NCBI RefSeq assembly: GCF_036971445.1
Contig: NC_091481.1
Location: forward strand, 73,036,001 to 73,100,000
Direction: 5' to 3'
DNA length: 64,000 nt
Source of the DNA: Narcine bancroftii
Taxonomy: Eukaryota
Within the stretch, counting starts at the first letter, position 1; each line of letters begins with the position of its first letter. A program made the position numbers and the translations under genes. A model generated the notes under the pieces. That model worked only from the letters and a program-made list of their open reading frames with translations, had not been told where the DNA came from and ran no database searches. Shown here piece after piece: positions 61,511 to 64,000 of the stretch.

Positions 61511-64000
61511 CGTTTGTACATTATTCACATCTATTGTCATTATAAGAAATGAAATTTAAAATTGGTATTCCATGTACAATATTAAATTATTAACAATACC
61601 ATTTATACATATTACCATTTTATTAAATTGTCAAATTTAGCCTGCATCTCAAATTAAAACCCAGATTACAGGCATGAACTAAAATTGATGAAAAGTACAT
61701 TTTGGGTTTAATGTTGCTCAATATTCTGGGATTGGGTACAATGTTCAACCAATCAAGTGGATTGAAAAATTTTGTTGAGACAAATTATAAATTTGAATAT
61801 TTGTGAAATAATCTTGCACTCCTTTTTGTAGATGATCAGTTTAATTTTCTTATCTGATTTGCACCAGAATGAAGATTTTCATATGTGGAAATGGCCACGT
61901 GCTTTGTTTTTTGATCCTCCTTATGCCTCTTTAGAAGCATATTTGCAAGATCCAAGAATTTAGAAAATGGACATTGATGCTGTGCATTTTCCACAGTATT
62001 TGTTAACCCAATTTTATTAATGTTTTTAACTCTAGGATTTGCAGTGTTATAAGTTGGTCCTTTTTATAGAATTCTGCAGAAAGTCTAAAGAAAAAGTCTG
62101 AAAAAACAATTAAAATGGAAGGAATGTTGATTATTTCCTGTGGATTTTTTTGTTGTTGTTTATAATCTGTTGAGTAATATGTAGAAGACTGTCAGAACAT
62201 TTTTTTAATAATTTGGAATAGATTTGCATCACAAAGCTCCTGGGTCTAACAGGACTTAATCTGTTTCAGATCATAACTGATAAAGCTTGTTTCGTACTGC
62301 TTATCCAGTTTACAATGGGCAAAGCTGGTTTAGCTGGGATTGTACAAATCAGATCAGTGACGTTGACATCACTTTCTGACATTAGTTCCTTCTGTTTGGA
62401 GATGTTAGTTAATCTGTAATGGTAATTTTGTGAAATGAAATGGACACCTACCATTGGTTTCATATATTGATGACCTCTTGTGGTGATGCTCAATGACTAG
62501 TATTTGATATGGGATTACATAATTTAATGTTATTCTGAGAGGGAGAATGTGGTGAAGGTACAATAGTGGAGTAAATGAGTATTCTCAACAATAGAGAATA
62601 GAAACGCATGCAATTTGACACTGGAAAGAATTGAAATCAGTGCAGCACTCAGCAGTAGGCCAGGCCTTTGGTTGACATAAATATTTCTCAGGTTACCAAA
62701 ATGTAGAAACTGGCTTCATGGAACAAAAATATGATTTGTTTGCATTTATTCTGCTTGCAAAAAAAACTAGTTGAAAAAGGATTCATGATTCATTGATAAT
62801 AAAAAAAATGTATTCCTCCCATTTTTTTCTTAGTCCACAACTCTCAGAGATTGTCACTTTTAAGAATACTAGACAATTACTTTTTAAACGTGTAAGTTCC
62901 TGCCACCCAAACTTTAAGCTGCAAGATGCACATTCCCTGGAATTCTCAAAATGGATTGATTGTAGAGAAAATTTCCTTCCAATCTTCTACCTTGGAATCT
63001 ATGCCTTCCAGCTGTTTTCCCCCTCTCTGCTTGTAGAATTGAATCCTTCCTATTTGAGCCCTTCACAATTTTACACTCCTTATTTAACTTGTTCGGCACA
63101 GGGAGCCAGAGGAAAAGCAACCCTTGTCCAGCAAATCTTCCTTCGTATCTAAGCACCTCCAACTCTGACAACGCATTTGTAATTCTTTGTGCTCTTTGGT
63201 GCTATCAGTTCTTTCCTGTAAGCATATTCTAGGCTTTGTCACCAGATTCAGTATAATAAACGTGCCTTTACATAATCCCATTATTAAACCATAATATTAT
63301 TCATAAATTAATATCTAAGGTTTCTGCTTTAAAAATAAAATGTTCTGCATACCTCCTGATGGACATGCTCTTTTGCTTTAAGAAATCTTAGGGCATGCAC
63401 TCCAAGGTCTTTCTGTTCCTTCACACCTCAGTAATCTTCTGTTTATTTGTATTTCCTTGCCTTTATTCCCTCCCCAAAAGCATTTCCTTACATATTTGAA
63501 AGTTTAATTGTGTATATTATTGTATGTCCATCTAACCAGTCCGTTGATATCTTCCTACAGTACACAGCTCTTTTCCTTACTCGATCACATAACCAATTCT
63601 TATGACACACAAACCTAATCAGGCTTCCTGTATTCATCAAAAAAAAAAGAAAATGATCAGGAAGTGATACTAATAGAGCTCCACTTTCTTTAGCCAAAAA
63701 CAGTCATGGACAACTGCCAATGAGCTATTTTTAAATCCAACATGAATTCTCTGGGCCTTTTTCAACACAAAATAAGCTGGAGAAATTCAGAGGTTTGAAC
63801 AGCATCAGTGGACCTACTGAGTTTCTCCAGTATGTTGCTCCATGAGACATATCCATACATTGATCCAGGCATGGTGGTTTGTTAATTTAACATTTCATTT
63901 TCTGTGAATATAGTGTTTTCCATTGTTTTTGCAACTTGCCCTTATTTTTCTTTTACACAGAGTGTATTTGCAGGATACATATCAATTTTTCTTTATTTGT

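Noticed and set aside
63940-64000. Acceptor-like TTTTTCTTTTACACAG at the window end
   Set aside because: Only 40 nt follow and they are T-rich; cannot be evaluated

Overview
Vertebrate genomic DNA with a 200-N assembly gap at 6627-6826. The repeat content (CR1, Rex1/Babar, RTE, L1, Penelope, V-SINE, Deu-SINE) suggests a cartilaginous fish, probably a ray; that assignment is inference. Four spliced genes can be reconstructed by hand with canonical GT-AG sites. dhdh (+, 2551-11519) is missing exon 3 and part of exon 4 in the gap and has two 1-nt insertions in exon 6. rps11 (-, 11897-18195) is complete at 158 aa and lies tail-to-tail with dhdh. zbtb45 (-, CDS 27103-32419) and thap7 (+, CDS 35573-39153) share a small bidirectional CpG promoter. 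A second CpG island near 54.3-55.4 kb holds the first coding exon of an unidentified gene. Long G/C-skewed minisatellites begin just after early splice donors and generate most of the long spurious ORFs. The intergenic DNA includes an L1-in-Gypsy-in-CR1 nest, a near-intact CR1, hAT MITEs (one a composite inverted dimer), a 58-bp minisatellite apparently derived from a Rex1 RT segment, and Penelope-derived fold-back elements with hammerhead-ribozyme-like cores. I found no well-supported novel protein-coding system; the best leads are listed as findings.
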